Below are positions 18,376 to 18,664 of a DNA stretch of 18,664 nucleotides, piece by piece; positions within the stretch are counted from its first letter, which is position 1; each line of letters starts with the position of its first letter. The notes beneath the pieces were generated by a model, which had not been told where the DNA came from, ran no database searches, and was given only the letters and a program-made list of their open reading frames with translations. Source of the DNA: Tubiluchus corallicola (Eukaryota; Animalia; Priapulida); contig JAQGDQ010002493.1 of NCBI GenBank assembly GCA_030141605.1, positions 1-18,664 of the forward strand, written 5' to 3'. The translations under genes and the position numbers were made by a program.

Positions 18376-18664
18376 TTGCTTAGACAAAGAACAAGACAGT
18401 ACCCATTGATTCCTTTGCGGGATATGGTTTTGTATCCCGGCATGGTGGTTCCGGTATTCGTAGGCAGGGAAAAGTCTATTAAAGCCTTGTCCACAGAGGG
18501 TGGCGAGAAGAAACTTATCTTTCTTACCTTCCAAAAAGAAGCCAGCATCGAAGAACCCGGACAGGATGACCTATATGAAACCGGCGTGGTGGGCAAAGTC
18601 TTACAGACCATGAAATTGCCGGATAAATCCATAAAAGTCCTCATCGAGGGGATTGATGTTGCGA
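18376..18664 (+). CDS. lon: Lon protease, N-terminal part (runs off the window; absent from the ORF track)
   Basis: TTG start 7 nt after AGGAG. Translates as MLRQRTRQYPLIPLRDMVLYPGMVVPVFVGREKSIKAL...DLYETGVVG...KLPDKSIKVLIEG, the Lon N-domain, in canonical tig-clpP-clpX-lon order. Confidence 0.95.
   Translation, partial: MLRQRTRQYPLIPLRDMVLYPGMVVPVFVGREKSIKALSTEGGEKKLIFLTFQKEASIEEPGQDDLYETGVVGKVLQTMKLPDKSIKVLIEGIDVA

Noticed and set aside
18093-18644. 183-aa and 129-aa minus-strand ORFs at the right end
   Set aside because: Antisense to clpX and lon; the plus-strand Lon N-domain explains the region.

Overview
Bacterial window with two halves. Bases 1-7320 hold a head-to-tail array of at least three near-identical ~2.8 kb cassettes (the first is cut by the window edge). 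Each cassette encodes a predicted lipoprotein: signal peptide and lipobox, about five prealbumin/carboxypeptidase-regulatory-like stalk domains, and a C-terminal seven-bladed RCC1/BLIP-II-type beta-propeller. The two complete cassettes have their own promoter and SD, and all three end in the same GC hairpin. The stalks are almost invariant, while amino-acid differences concentrate in the propeller loops, occur in mosaic tracts and often involve adenine. This looks like a diversified repertoire of surface binding proteins, but no reverse transcriptase, template repeat or recombinase is present in the window. The rest is mostly housekeeping: an orphan miniature flagellar-rod-like gene, a seven-gene shikimate operon on the minus strand (aroF-aroA-aroE-aroC-aroK-aroB-aroQ), then a degraded tRNA-His-like gene, tRNA-Leu(TAG), tig, clpP, clpX and the start of lon. 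Clustered indels in conserved genes (aroA, aroF, tRNAs, tig) and G/T-depleted patches point to an error-prone consensus. Frameshifts, array copy number and some inter-copy differences therefore need read-level confirmation.
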